IMG/VR virus record: IMGVR_UViG_3300035395_000183
DNA length: 64,000 bases
From: an uncultured virus (IMG/VR IMGVR_UViG_3300035395_000183)
Taxonomy: Duplodnaviria > Heunggongvirae > Uroviricota > Caudoviricetes
Strand: one strand, 5' to 3'
Shown here one piece after another: positions 1-15,510 of this stretch; position 1 is the first letter of the stretch; every line of letters starts with the position of its first letter. The notes beneath the pieces were generated by a model that ran no database searches, was not told the DNA's origin, and saw only the letters and a program-made list of their open reading frames with translations. The position numbers and the translations under genes are program-made.

Positions 1-3000
1 AAAATCGTTGGAGGTTTAGTCTTTTTACTTAAAGCTTCTTTAGCAGCTTGGTGCCAATCATCAATATTAATTGGTGTATTTGCTAATAAATAATTACTTG
101 GTGATGAAATAACTTGTTTAATTGTGGACGCTGTAAGATTTTTTAATGATTCATTATTATATAAATGTTTTTTATTTTTATTAAAATTGTTTAATATAAC
201 AACAAATCCTTTTAATAACTCTTCATTGCCATTAATTGAAATTCCTGTAGTAATAGGAGGATGATTTTTTTCTGATAATTGTTTAACATTTACATTATTA
301 ATTTTTCGCAAAATTGTATTCAAAACTTTTAATTGTTCTGCTGAAAATTCATTAAATGCTAATGAAGGATTAGCATAAAATTTAATAAAATCCTCTGTTA
401 AATCTAGCCCTCCTTCAACTAATTCTACAATTGTAGCATTTGGTAAAGGTAGTTTTTCTAACTCATGTAATTGTTCAATAGATGAATAATTATCAATAGA
501 TCCTCAGGTATTAAATTGTCCATTACCTGAGAAACTACTTCCTAAAATATATGCTTTATCAATATCAAAGTCAGAACCTTGTAATCAAATTTGTCAGATA
601 GATACATAAGCATCATTTGATTTCGTTTTAAGGTATGCTACATTTTTCATTTCCATAAACGATTGCATAGATTGTGATGGAATACGAGCAGCTACAAATT
701 CATGAGATTTTTCTCAAGAGGCATACATTTTTTTACCTAATTGAGAAATAATACTATTTTTATTTAACAAAAATCATTTATCCTTTATAGATTTATCTCC
801 AATAGAATAACCAGAAAACTTTGAAAACTCCTGTAAAGTTAAACTATTAAAACTAATTCGTCTAGATTTAAATGATGGGGCAGCTACTTTTTCAGTTTTT
901 CTTTCTGCTATTTTTGCAGCTGTTTCTGTATCCTCTACTTCTTCAAACAAATCAAATTTGTTATTCATTAAAGGAATAAAACTTCTAATATTTCCTTTAA
1001 ATGATTTAATTAAATCTTTTAAATTTTGATCAAAATCTTTAACTTTATTAGTATGAGTTTCTTTTCCTAATTTAAATGATGCAACTGCTTTAATATAAAT
1101 AACTTCTTTTCCATTTTCCATCCTTATACTTACATTTTTAGTATCAGGGATTGTATATAGAATCTCTCCTTTTTGATTTCTTCTAACAAAACGTTGATTA
1201 ACTCCATCCTCTTCCATTGGATGTTCTAGAGTAATATTTAAACTATAATCATTTCCAGGAAGATTATCAGTGTATTTAACATATATTGGAGAATCATAAT
1301 TGTTTAAATATAATTTAATATCAGCAACTGTACTATCATCATGAAAATCTTTTTCTAATAATTTCTCAAAATATGCAGAACCTTGCTGTTTAATTTCATA
1401 CATTGAATCCTCAAAGTTACGATTAAATTTAGATTGATAAATATCTCCTAAAATTAATTCAGCTGCATTAAATTTATAATTTGTAATTAATGAACTATTA
1501 GAATCATCATATAATTGTTGCACATCAGAAAATATTGCATTGAAATTATCAGTTTTAAATAAACCTACTTTATTATTAAATTTGGTTGTAATATCAACAG
1601 GATTCATTACTCTATTAGTTTCTAATAACTCTAAGTTTCTTTGAGTCCATTTATTTAATAAAGTGTTTAATAATTTAGCTGTTTCTTCTAATTTAGTAGT
1701 TAAACTAATAAATAAATCAAATCCTGTAAAATCTTTAAAGAAATTAGATAAAATAATATAATCTGTAGATGTTTGATCAATTACTTTTCTATTTTTTAAA
1801 TCATCAATAATTTCATTTAATTTATATCTTAAACGTACAGAATCAAAGTCAAATACATTTTTTTGAATTCCATTAACTACATATGTAATTTCAGAAGGTT
1901 TTAAATCTCTTGGTTTATTTATAATTTTAGTTATTGGTTCACTAGTTTTAGTTCCTTTATATTTATAATATAATCCAGGATTAAATAATGTTTTAATCAT
2001 TACACGATCTACAATTGAATTCATCATGTCCTTACTTTGTTCTGCAGTCATATAATCTCATGCTTCTCCTAATTTTTCTTGCTCAACTTCAATTTCTGCT
2101 TGTAATTCCGGAGTCATTTCTAATTGAATAGTATCTCCTAATTGAATTTTATCTCAAGTAGTAGGTAAAGGTTGTAATAAATTACTAATATAATTAGTAA
2201 TAATATCATCATTTGTTGTTAATCCTAAAGTTTTATCATAGTTATTAAGTGCTTCTTTAGCTAAATCTCCTTGTGTAACAATTCTTGTTGTTCCATCAGC
2301 TTGAGGAATATCATATAATTGAATAATTCCATGTGAAGGAATAAGTACGGCTCCAGTACCTGAATAGTAACGAGTTATAAATTCATTATTCATTCGAGTA
2401 ATTACATCACGTACAAAAGCGACAAAGAAATTTTGATTACTAAATGGAATATTTACATCATCTTTAAATGATTCTACTAATATCTTAGCAATTGTATCTC
2501 CTTTAGAATTAGAAATTGTTTTCACAAACTTATCAGAAAGATACTTGTACAAATCGGAATTATTTATATTTTCAGAATTTGCTAAGTATTTTAGATATGG
2601 ACGCATTGCGTTTTCAATTACATTTGCAATGTTTTGATATGCTTCTAAAGCTAAATAAGATGTAGATGCATTTTGTGCTAATGCCGAAATTACCTGAGTA
2701 ACCTCCTTAATTTGAGACTCATTTGCTTCATGGGTTGCATCTAACTGTGGACCCATCATTCTATTTTCAAATGTAAAATAAGCTAAATTCTTATCATTGG
2801 TTCATGAATCTTTACTATTTACATTAGTTCCTCCAGCTTTTAATGCAGAAAGATTAGAAATAATATGAATCATTTTATCTTTTAAAGAATAGGCTCCACT
2901 GTTATCTTTAGTAGTTATAAGTTTATATAATAAATCATTTGAACCTTCATTAAAATCTCCATGTTCATTTGTAGAATGTTGTGCTCCAAATAGTTTTCAC

Positions 3001-6000
3001 AAATCGAAGAGTGTTTCAAAATTTCCCCTAATAATATTAGGTTCTAATAATCATTGATTGTTAACTTTTTTAGAAACAATCATTTCATAAGAATTATTCT
3101 TTATAGTTAATTTATTAATTTTAAATAAATCTCCTAAATGATTATAATAAAAATCATCTAATGATTGTTCAAAAGAAAATTTTAAATCCTTTATGAGTAT
3201 ACTTCCTAAAACTTGTTTTTGTTTATTATAAAAATTAATATTTGAACGTCTAGAATTTAATATATTTGCATTATTAATTTCACTTTCAGCATCTTTTTTA
3301 ACAACAACTCCATGTTTTGTAATTAATGATCCAAACTGTTTTTTAGTTCCTTCATATCCTTTGGCAGGAAATGAATTATCTAACATTAAGTTATAAATAT
3401 AAGGAATAAAAGTAGAACCATCATGTACGTCTTGTTTATGAGTATCTCCTGATAAATTATACAGCATATCTTGATGATCATCAATTGCAGCCATATTTAC
3501 ATTCTCGGGAATACCCATTGCTGATTTTCTTACAGGAACTTCAATTGTAGCAGTATATAAAACATTACGCTTAGCCATACTAATCATACGACCACTCATT
3601 TCTTTTTCATAATCGACCCAATTTACTTCCTTTGAATCACCTCTATATAATAGATTTTCTTTTAATTTATGAGGATGCATATATTCACCTTTTGCAGAAA
3701 TAAACATATATTCATTTCTCATTAAAGCGTTTAATCACATCCATTTTTTTAAAAGTGGATTAATTCCATTAGCTCCTAATAAATCTCGATAATTAGTTTC
3801 AGTACCTTTTTTTGTAAATTCTTCTTTAGAAATTCCTAATTTCTTAATTATTTCTTCAAACTTTGGACTGCCCGCAAAAGTAATTTCTTTCCCTCCATTA
3901 ACATTCTTATTAAATTCTTTAAACTTATTAATCATGTTTTCTTCCTGCAATTTAACAAATTCCCCAAATAATTTAGGATTATTAAATATCCTAAAGTTAT
4001 CTACAAGTAATTGATTTAATCCATAGATTTGTTTAAATTTACCAGTTGTTTCGTCTTTTATAAAGTATTTAGAATAATGAAGTTCTTCGGTTAAATTAAT
4101 TCCTAATTGAGAAGCTTTTTGAGATAAACTACGCACATTAATTTTATTAAGTGCTTCATTAATTTTTTTAATATTCTCTTCAGGTACCGTTTTCATAGAC
4201 AATTTTATACCTAACAATTTTTCATAATCGTCAAATACTTTAAATAAAGTATCTTTGTAATATGTTTGACCTTGATCTTGTACATATTTTAATATTTTTG
4301 TAACAGGCATTTGAATTAATGGCGTATTTCCATCTAATTTAATTAATCCATTAATAATCTTTGTAAGAATAGTATTTTTATCAGAATAGTTTCCTAACAT
4401 TATAGAAAATCTATTATTGTCTAAAATATTCTGTAAGAAATCAAATTGAAAATCCGATGTAAAGTTTTCAGAAACATTAAATTTAGTTGCACTTTTACCT
4501 CCATCTTCATTTGTTAATTCTAATTTAGTACCAGTTCCAAGAATTACACATGGAAATAAATTATTTTGCGAAGTGTTTTTCTCTAATGAGTATTGTTTTG
4601 TTAAAAGACTTCTAAAAGAAGTATTCTTAGCATTATCTAATTCAAAATTTCTTTGTAATTCAAATAATTCTGAATCTTTTTGAGTTAGTGTTGCAACTTT
4701 AAAAGTGGGAAGTTTTTTATTATCATAAGTAGTAATATTCATTACTGGTTTCATGATATAATTTAATAAATATGCATCAGTTACAGTTTTATAAACTGCA
4801 TCATCTAATATATTTGGCATATATTTCGTAATAGATGCATCTCCTGAGATATTTTTAGTTGTCTCATCATCTAGTGCTTGAATAATACTATGATCTTTAC
4901 CTAATTTATCAGTAAAGCTAATTAATCAATTCTCAAATTCTTTTTTACTTGTTGGTTTTAAAACTTGAATTAATTTGTCAAATCCTAAATATGAAATTTT
5001 AATTCCAGATTTTGATTTTATATAATTAACAATATTTACTTTATCTTTGATATTAATTTTACTTAAATCATTTTCATTAAAAGCATTTAATATATCCGAT
5101 AATTCTTTTTTATAAATTTTTTCTTCAAATCTACTTGATTTAACTAATTTTGATAAATAGTTAAATGTTGTATTTTGTACAGCAATATTATTAAAGTTTT
5201 GACTATACATTTGATTAATAGTATATTCTCCTGTAAAATCATATCGTGAGTAAGAAGCACCAAAGTTATTATTAATAATTTGTGCAAACATTGTAATTAA
5301 TGATTCCTTTGAATTTTTCTCTTTTTCTAAAATATTTAATTTATCAGAATTAATATACTTTTTTAAAGATAATGCAAATTCAAAATTCTTTTGAAATACA
5401 TTTTCAAGAGGACCTATTGCATTTGGCTTATGTTGAATTGCTTTTTCAATTTCATCTAAATATCATAAAAGAACTTCCTTTGGATTTTCATTTAAATATC
5501 TAAACTTTAAAGATTTATCATGTTTTAAATGTACGCCATATATAGTTTCAAAATCACTTATCATAGCTGCAAATAGATAAAAATCTTTCATTTCCATTTG
5601 TATTCCAACATCTTTTCCCTCTTTATTTAAATAAGGAATAGTTGAAACTAACAATTTAACTAATTTACTTTCTGAATTTTCAGAACCTTCATCTTCATGA
5701 CTATCGTTTTGCCAATATTCAGTTTTTAATCCTTGAATTTTTAAAGTATATTTATCTTCTTTATCTATACTACTTCTTAAATTATTAAATAAATTATAGT
5801 TGATATTAATAATTCCGGAAAATTGTTCCGCTAATACTGTGTCAAAATTAGACAGTAATATCCCGGCATTATAAGCATCAAAAATTTCTTCATTACTAAT
5901 TGTATTTAAAGATAAATTAGGAATACCTCGTTTATTCGAGTAAGTCTTAATCAATTTAAATATCTTGCCTGAGAAAAAATACGCATCTAATAGGCCCATA

Positions 6001-6572
6001 ACTCTTTGATAATAAGCATAATCTACAACATCATAGTGACTATTATACAAAGGTTTAACTTCTCCAACTAATACATTATTTTTAATTAAAAATTTCTGAA
6101 TATCTTCAAATAACTCAGATTTTAATTTTGAAATATTATTTGTTATTTCACTATTATTTTGAACAAAGTTTATATCATCTTTACTTCCAATAAAAATAGA
6201 ATTAAGGATTTTTTCAGTAGATATTCTTTCAAAATTTGATCGTACTAATGGTAAAGTATGAAATAGACTTGCTATATTTCCAGAAGAAAAATTCTGAGTA
6301 ATATTACTTTTTGTATGTACTTCTTTTGAATCTAAATCTTTTACAAAACTAGATAATACTAATCCATAGGATTTAAGAACTGTATTAAACTGATTTTTAA
6401 ATTCTTGTGAATTTACAAAGTATGTATCAAGAGAAAAGTCCCCCTCTAATCGGGGGACTTCTTCTTTCACATACAATTCTAAATTCTCTAAATTTCCGTC
6501 TTTGTTTTCGGAAAAATAGTCGTCAATAGCATTTATTATTTGACTGATGTAATCTATATTACATTTACTCAT
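1..6572 (-). CDS. Virion-packaged single-chain two-barrel RNA polymerase (crAss-type), >2190 aa, truncated at window edge
   Basis: Six track ORFs (5463, 4926, 3735, 3051, 2154, 774) share one frame, joined by TGA. Contains QDVHDGSTF, ARIPSQSMQS and the catalytic WLQGSDFDIDKAY (DFDID at 558-572). Frame stays open to position 3. Confidence 0.93.
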
Positions 6573-6587
6573 TGTAGTTTGTATTTA

Positions 6588-9500
6588 TTAACATTTTTTT
6601 AGTAATTCTTGAATATCATTTCTAATAGATTTTAACTGTTTAGCTTCAGTAATTCCTGTAACTTGTTGTATATTATCACGAGTAATTACATTGTTTTCAA
6701 TAGTAAATCCAAAACTATTAATAATGGCTTTTAATTTATTCTTTTCATCTGATTTTATAAAACTTTCAGATTCTAATAAAATCAATGAATCTGCAAAAAT
6801 ATCTTGAACTAAATCCTTTTTTAAATGTAATAAATTAGTTATAGCTGTTTTTATTACATCAGAAGAGTTTTTAAAATTACTTAACATAAAGTTATTAATA
6901 ATTTCTTCAGTAGATATATCAATGATTGGAATATCTTCATCTATAGTGGAAACTACAACTTCTTCAGGAACTATAACTTCTTCTACTTCAGTTTCTTCAG
7001 TTTCTTCAGTTGGAGTTGTTTTAACTACTGGACCTGGAGTATTTTTAATAAGTTGAATAATATTTGATTTTAAAAATTCTTGTAAATCAAATAAAAGTCT
7101 CCCACTTTCAGGAGTAATTCCAATAAAAAACTTATCTCCAAAATTGTCTTCATTTCAACCATTTTCTCCACTAATAAAAGAATTTGCTTGAACTGGACCT
7201 CCAACAACTGCCGCAGGTTTAATTGGAATAGAATAATAGAATTTTTTAGATTTAATATGATTTAATAATTTTTCAATAATTCTAATCATTTCATTTCGAC
7301 CTTCAGAAGCATTAAATTTTTCAAGCAATTCATCAGTAGAAAGATTCTTTGCAACCATTTGTGCCAATTCATTTGTAGCAGCTTCATCAATGATTTTTTC
7401 ATACCCAAATAAATTAAAAAATGTTCAATGCCATCCTTTAATACCCTTTATATTTGCAAGTAATTCTTTCTTTGCATTTATAAAATCAAGTTTACCATCT
7501 TTAGTATGATTTTTAACAGATTTTTTAACTTCTGTTATAACACGACTAAATTCTGAATCTAAGCCTTTATCAGTTTTAAATCTACTAAACACTTCAAATA
7601 CCGATGTGGTATTACCTGATACTTGATTTTCTAAACTAAATTCTATTTTTTTATTAAATAAATCTAATAAAGAACCTCCTTCTGCCTCTCCTGAGTCTTT
7701 AGTTTCTCAAAAGATTAAAGTATCTAAAATATCCGATCTATTTAAAAGAATTTCTGCTTTTGCATTTAAATCGTTGTCAAATACTTGACTTCCTTTTTTA
7801 CCTTCCTTTGAAGCAACACTAATTTTATTAGCTCTTTCGTCTAAAATTTTGTCTACCTCTTTAGTTAAAGTAGTAATACTGCGTTTATTAGAGGTTATCG
7901 GAATTAATTTTGCATGAATAATATTTTCAGAACCTCCATCTAAATCATCTTTAAATGAAACAATAATATATGGTTTATTTTTTAGACCTGAATATGTAGT
8001 TTTCTTTCCTTTTTTATCCTCTTCTGTATATCCATAAAACATTCGACTCATAGTTTCTTCAGAACGTTCTGGCCCAAAAGTATATTTACTTAGTAAATTT
8101 TTAAAATCATTGTAATCATTTGGATAAAATTTGATATTGCTTACATGTAATCCAGGAAATTTTTCTTTTAAAGAAGCTAATGTATGAGGTGATGCAGTTT
8201 CAGGTAACTTTTCTAATCGAGTTCCTGTTATAAAACTTATGCTATTCGGATCTTCAATTTTAAGTTCAATAAAATTATTATCAGACTTTTCTAATTGGCT
8301 TTCTAATTCTATCCATCGTTTTTCAACCTCTTTAATATCAACATTATATTCTTTAGCTTTTTTGGCTATTTCTTCAAGAGTTGCAAAACTAGCTAAGGTA
8401 ATATAATGTATTTTATTTCCATAAGTTAATTTAGCAGAAATATTAATAAATAAATCTCCATTTTTTAAAGTTTTTGTTTTATCAAATCCAATTTTACTAT
8501 GAGTATTATTAATAGTTTCTTTATAAGTAGAAACAGTGATTACTCGTTCAACTTCAATATTCTCAAGTGAAGATGTATTAGGAAAAGCATATTTTATAAA
8601 TTCATCAAATTCATTTGGAAGAATATATTCAACATTTTTATGCAAAAGATGATTTTTTAATTTTCCTCAACCATTTACAACTTCTTTTACTTCATCACCA
8701 GCTAATGATTTACTTACATTTAAATCAAATGGAGTATCACCAGGATTAACAATTAAAGAAGATTTATCATCAGATAATTCAGCTCCTGGATTATTATAAA
8801 AGCTATGAGCCATTATTTTAAATCCATCTTTTAAAGCATCGTTTTCTAATTTATTTTCTTCCGTGGAATTTTTATAAACTGTTCCTTTATCATAAGTTGG
8901 GTCAGGTGTTACATATCGTCCACCAATAACAACTTCTTCACCAAGTTCTTCTTTTTTAGTAATGCCTATTTTTCATTTAAAATTATCATCAGAAGATGGA
9001 GTTGGATTTTCTCCTAATAATTTAACAATATCTTCTATTTTTTGTTTTTTAGCTGTGTCAATTACTGATTTAGTTAAAAATTCAAATGGCACTGAATATG
9101 CATCCATTGGTCCATTTTCAATATGTCATTTTTTCAGTAACTCTTCATTATCAACAATAATTGAAGCAACTTTAGAACGGGATATATAAGTATAAAAAGC
9201 TTTTAAATTGTCTCTAAGTTTGTCGTAAGGTTTTATTAACGATGCATCAAAAATAAAATAATCTACTTCACTTCCTTGAATATTTTCTGGAGTAAAAAAC
9301 TTTACTTTAGACATATCAGATGGAGTAATTATTCCTGTTTCAGTAAATAATTTATTTCAATCTTCAGGAAGTTTACCATTGGAAGTTAATATTCCAAGTG
9401 TTTTAGTAGAATCTTCTTTAAGTTTTGCAGCTATTACAGCAACAGTATCTTTATCTAAAGACGTCATTATTTTATCACCAGTAATAATATTTGATTTTTG

Positions 9501-12500
9501 ATGATATGCTAATAAATTTTCTCGCTTTGTGTTATTTAAATAAGTAAGAGCATCAAGTTTAGCCTTATCATAATCAGGAATTCTATTATCATTTTCCTTA
9601 TCATAAATACTTTCTACTTCACGATTTATTCTTTTATATTTATCATCATTTAGTCTTTTCTGATTATTAGAACTTCTTACACTTAATCATAGTCTTGGAG
9701 TAAATATTGCATTATATGTATTTATATTATATTGAACATATTGATCTCCAATTTTAGCTAAATAACCTAATTGGGTAGTATCACCTGCTCCTATAATTTT
9801 CATAAAATTCAATGAATCATTATTATAGGAATATTCAGAAATCGCATTTAATAAATACATTTCAAAAGCTGAAAAGTGTGTAACCTCATCAATTAATAAT
9901 AAATTTGGAAGATTTTTTAAAATTTCTTCTGGAATTGATTCTAATCATTTTTTATTAGTAATTTGTTCTCCTAATAAAATACTTCCATCATCAAGTTTAA
10001 TATATTTTTTCTCAATCTTATTATCATTAATAGCTGTAATCTCTTTATTAATTTCTGAAATTAATTTAGTAAGTCCTAACTTTTCAAAAATTTCAAATTT
10101 ATTTCCTTTTACTAAAGCAAGCTTTTCATTTCCCGTAGATTCTTTAATAGCTTTTTCTAAATTATTTACTTGAGTATCATCCGGAGCAGAAATTCAAACA
10201 TTAGATATATCGTTAGTTTGTTTAAAATTATCCAATGCTAAACCTAATGTAGCTGATGTTTTTCCAGTACCAGAACCACCTAATAAAATTGTGATAAAAG
10301 AACAATCAAATTTAGACGCATTTTGCTTAGTTTTAAAGATATTAGCAAATAATGTAGGATTAGCTGTACTTGCTTTAATTATTCGAGAGACAAACTCTTG
10401 AGTAAAGAAAGGAGCTTTTGCAAAAGTTCCTGCTATTGATTTATAATTCCTAGCCTGAAAATCAGATGCTTTAGAACTTAAAGTAGTTGCAGCATAAAGT
10501 GCTAATTCTCATGATTTAATTTCTTTTAAATCTTTATCAATTTGTGAGAAGTTATCAGGATTAACATTTGTTAAATGTTTTAAAAATTCTTCTAAAGCTT
10601 CAGCTTCCTTACCTTTATTATGTTCAAAAATTGCTGTCTCAATATCTAAAATTTTCTTTTCATTTGAATTAGATGAATTTATAATTTGATTTAATTTATC
10701 AAGGGGTAAAAATGAAGGATTCATCTTAACTAATCATTGTTTCCAATTAGCTAATAATATTTCATTAACTTTTATTCTAATGATTTCTTGTTCATTAAAC
10801 ATTTTTCCTGCATTGAATGATGCAAGATCTTTTAAAAAATTAATTTTAGTTATTAGAAGATCTAAATCTTTAATCATTAATGTTGCAACATCAGAAGTTA
10901 TAGTTTTTAAATTTATAACGTCATCCTCTTGATTATATTTCTTTGCATAATTAATTCTACTTTGAATATATCCATAAGGATCTCCAAAATCAACTGTTGT
11001 TGTAGACATTGCATAGATAACTGCTTTCATCATTTCTAAATGATTAACAGCCTGATTTAAATCTTGTTCTCTAATATTATCAGATGTAAAATTAGTTACA
11101 TTTGATGATGCTTTTAAATTTGTCTCTTCACGCTTTAATAATTCAAAGATTTTATTAATTTTACTTTCTGGATTTGAGTCCAAAGTTAGTTCAAAATTTC
11201 TAATAAAATCATAAAGACTATTTGATTTTAAATTTAAACCTTTTTTAACTAATTCAAAGAATTTATTTATTTTATCAATATTTTTTTTCTCTAATTTAAC
11301 TAAATTAAGTAAGTCTAATAATGCTCCATTAAATTGCTCTAAATTTAATTTTAAATCAAAGTTATTCTTAATAACATTTAAAAAATCCTGATTTGGAAAG
11401 AGCCCTTTATACATTGCATCTGCTTTGTAGGCTTCTTCTTCCATAGTAATTATATGTTCTAAAGAGTCTGATGATAAATAAATATCTTCAATACCATTAT
11501 TTAATTCCAAATCAATTATTTCATTTATCATTTCAGAAAATCCTACCATTTCTTCCATTGTTTGGATAAAACTGGTATATGATAAACTTTTTGTATTTGG
11601 AAATATTTTAGATATAACCTTTATAATTTCAGTATTAACTAATTCTTCAGCTTCATAAAAAACTTCTTTATCAGCCGTACCGGATTCTAAAGCTTTAACT
11701 AATAAATCTAAAGCATAATTATGAATTTTTAAAATATCGGGCTTTTTCTCATTAATTTCAGCATCACGTTCTTTTTCAATTTCAGTAATTTTTTTATCAA
11801 GATTAATTAAATCTGAATTATTTAAAGTATTAAAACTTTTATTAATTAAATTTGAAGTAAAAGTCATAAACTCTTCTAATGAATCTTGTATTTGTATAAA
11901 TTCTTCTGGCGTTAACGTTTCAGATTGTAATTGCACGATTGCTTTTTCAATAGCCATTTCAGAATTAGGAGAAACTATATTTAGTTCTCTTAAACTTTCA
12001 GTTAAAAATCCTAACTCAGTTAATTTACTTAAAAAATCATTTAGTTCTAATCTATCTAAATCTTTTCATGAATCTTTACCAAATTCTTTTAAGACCGAGT
12101 TAAAATCTCTTACATAAAAATCTTTATTTTGTTGAATTTTTTTGAAAGAATCATATTCTTTTCGTGTAATATTACTATTTGTAAATTCCGTATTAATTTT
12201 CATTTCAAATCCATCAAAAATAACTTTAATGCTATTTATATTTGAGAAATCGTCAATTTTAAAATTAATAAGAGAATTTTCTAGTTCTTGTAATTCTGCA
12301 GTTTGTTCATCAGAAAGTATCGGAAGATTTTGTAATTCAGCAATTTTATCAAATTTCTTTTTATTTAATTCAAGAATTTGAGTGTTTAAATGCGAAATAA
12401 CCATTTCAGCATTCATAGGATTAAAATTATATGATTTAAAGAAATTTGATACTATTCTTTTCATATCATCTTTCGTTGTAATATCACCTTTTTTACTATT

Positions 12501-15500
12501 TAATTCTTGTTGAGAAAAATTAGAAACAACTTCTTTTTTATTTACTAAATCATACTCAACTTTTTTAATTAGTCCTAAGGTATCTAGTTGATCAAATATA
12601 TCATCATGTAATACAGTTCAAGGAGTAATAATACCTTGTCCCATACTTTCTAAAGCATTATTTAATGAAACAAACCGATTTAAAACTTCTTCTTTTGCTT
12701 TTGGATCAACTGTAGTATTAAATAATTCAATTGTCTTTTTTAAATCAATAATAGTTTCAAAAGTCTGCTTTCTAACTTGATCATATCCATCCTTAGTAAA
12801 ATCTTCTATTGGTTTATTAATTAATTGTTCTAAATTTTTATATACTTGATATGCAGATTTTAAATTATTTCTTAAATCTTTTGATTCAATAAATTCATTT
12901 CATTCTTTATCAATTCTTTCACGAGTTAGTCCTATTCCAGTTTCAGGTAAATCATAATAATTTTGTTTATATGTTTCTTTAGTAAAATCAAATTTACTGA
13001 TCTTTAGAAATGCCGAATTAATTTTTTTGTTTAAATAAAAACTAGCCTCTCCAAAATATTCATGTCCTTTTTTACCTTCCATGATATCATTAATATCATT
13101 AACATACAATTTTAATTCTTCTTTATAACGTTTAATGCCATCTTTATTTTCGTCTGTTTCAGCTAGATTTTTTAACGTAGCTTCGAGTTCTCCAATTTTT
13201 AACATTTTTCTTTTATAATCTTCTAGAACTAATCCTTCTATTCCAATCGAACTTCCTTCCTGTATAGTTTTTTTCATATCATTAATGATAATATGATCCA
13301 TAATAGCTTTAGATACAATTTCTTCATCAGAATGTATTAAATTGTTACTATTTAAAATTCCATCAATAACATTAACCATATCAATAGCTTTGTCAGCAAT
13401 TAAATCAGCTTGTGATTTGTTCGTTTCAGAAGCTTCTTGAAAATGTCCATCTTGATCCATTACAGTAATATATTTATTACCTAACATTGAACGTTTGGCA
13501 TTAATCATATTAATTAATTCATCTTTATGACCACCTGCTACTAATTCATACATTGATTTTTGTACATCAGGAGAAACCATAGATGGATCTAATCATGGAG
13601 CTATTCGCGATCTATGAAATTCAAACATTCCTCCACCAATAATACCTCCAACAAAATTAGCCAAGTAAGTTTCAAATCCTTCTTTACTAAATGCAGTATT
13701 TCATCCACCTAAACTTCCTTGTTTCTTTGTTAATCCTAAATAACTCATAGTATCAACAACACCCTTTGAAGCATCTAATACCATTTGTTCAGTAACTTCT
13801 TCAATACCCTCCACTAAAGAATTTTTTCACATAGCTTCAGCAATTGTAGATGGTGTGGTAAATATTTCTGTAAGCGAATTTTTAAACTTTGAAAAAGTTC
13901 CTCCTAACATTTGTTTTCCTTTACCTAAATCTTTTCCTGCTGTTTTAAAACCATCTGCAATTTCATCAAATCATGGTGTGAGAGTTTTACGCATTAAAGC
14001 TTTATTACTCTCTAAAGAATAACCAGTAGTTTTATCTAAGAATCAATCCCCCATTCGATTATTCATCATAATTCCATATTGTCCAGAAGCAGCTAATAAA
14101 GCCGCAAATCCAGCAGTACGTCTATCATAACCTCCTTGAAGTGCTTGACCATAAATATCAGCAGTTGAAGTAAGAGCCATATATCCTAATGAAAATGCTT
14201 TAGACATTTTACTTTGTCTATCAATAACAGATTTTAATGATGGAATTTTTTCCATAGCAGCTTTTGATAATGCTCCCATATCATTATAATCTATTTTACC
14301 CTCTAATACTTCAGATAATATTTTTTGATTAATGTTATCAGCCATTTTTTTAGTTTCAGCTGTCATTAAACTATCACCTCTATTTATTAATTTAGATAAA
14401 CTAGCAGCTGCTCGTTGTTCGTAAATTTGAGAGAAAATACTTCCAACCATTTCACTCATTTGTTCTACTCCAAATAAAGATTGTCCTCCTGCATCAGAAA
14501 CACTTGATTGGGTCATTTTTGCAAAATAACTTTCTAATTGAGTTGCTCCTTTTGTTAATGAAGTATTTGTATCACCTAAAAGTAAACCTTCTAATGCTTT
14601 ATAAAATGTCGGAAGAGATGAAGCTAATCCAATTGTAGCTTTTAAGCCACCATATAATGATGGAATAGAGGTCATACCCTTAAATATTCCAAATTCTGGA
14701 ATAATAAATGGAGCAATATTAGCAGCAAGTTTAAAAACTGTACCAGTAATAGATTTTTCTCGTCCATCCGAATCTAAAAAATCAAACTTATTTATTAAAG
14801 AGCCATCAGTAGTAAGAGTATCCATAGAATTAACTATTTGTTTTCCATAGATTTCTCTATTTCCTAACTTCTCTATAAATAGATTTCCATCTTCATTTAC
14901 TTTTCAATCTCCTTTTTTATGATCTACAAAGAATCCATTAGAATCTACGTGTTGACCATCTTCATCAAATTGTGCATAAACTAAAGTATCTCCAAATACT
15001 TTATCAAGTAAACTTAAATCATTTAAAGATTTTTCACTTCAAGTTTTATTAATAGGATCAAATATTTTTCCTTGCTGGGCTAATTCTCGTAAAGATAAAT
15101 TACTAGCATCAGTCGAATTTATTCCTGTCCATCCTTTCTTTTCTTCAAATGGATTATATTCTTTTTCTAAAGTTGCGGATACATTAATAGTTTTAGCAAA
15201 TTTAGGACGAGTAATATCAAATGGACTGTATTCTATTTGATCTAATTCTTTTAAATATTCATTATTAGTTAATTGATAGTAATTATTTTGAGCTAATTTA
15301 TAAGCTTTGTCAAAAGCTAAATCATCAAATTTTCCATCACTTCCTGTAAATGTATTTTTAATATATTCTGATTGTTTATATTCATCTTTAGAGAAAAGTG
15401 ATGTATTAGATCCATTAATATTACTCGAAAGTAAATCATAAGGAGTAGCTTCGGGTTTATTTAACGTAGCTATTAATATATCATTTGGTTTTAATATTTC

Positions 15501-15503
15501 CAT
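6588..15503 (-). CDS. Giant virion cargo/ejection protein (~2971 aa) with SF1 helicase domain
   Basis: Ten in-frame track ORFs joined by TGA, ending TAA at 6588. Motifs: GGSGTGKT (10257-10280), LLIDE, GAGDTTQL, QGSEVD, YTYISRSK. The N-terminal part has VEGIEEVTEQ and Gly-rich hydrophobic segments. Confidence 0.85.
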
Positions 15504-15510
15504 ATTTTTA

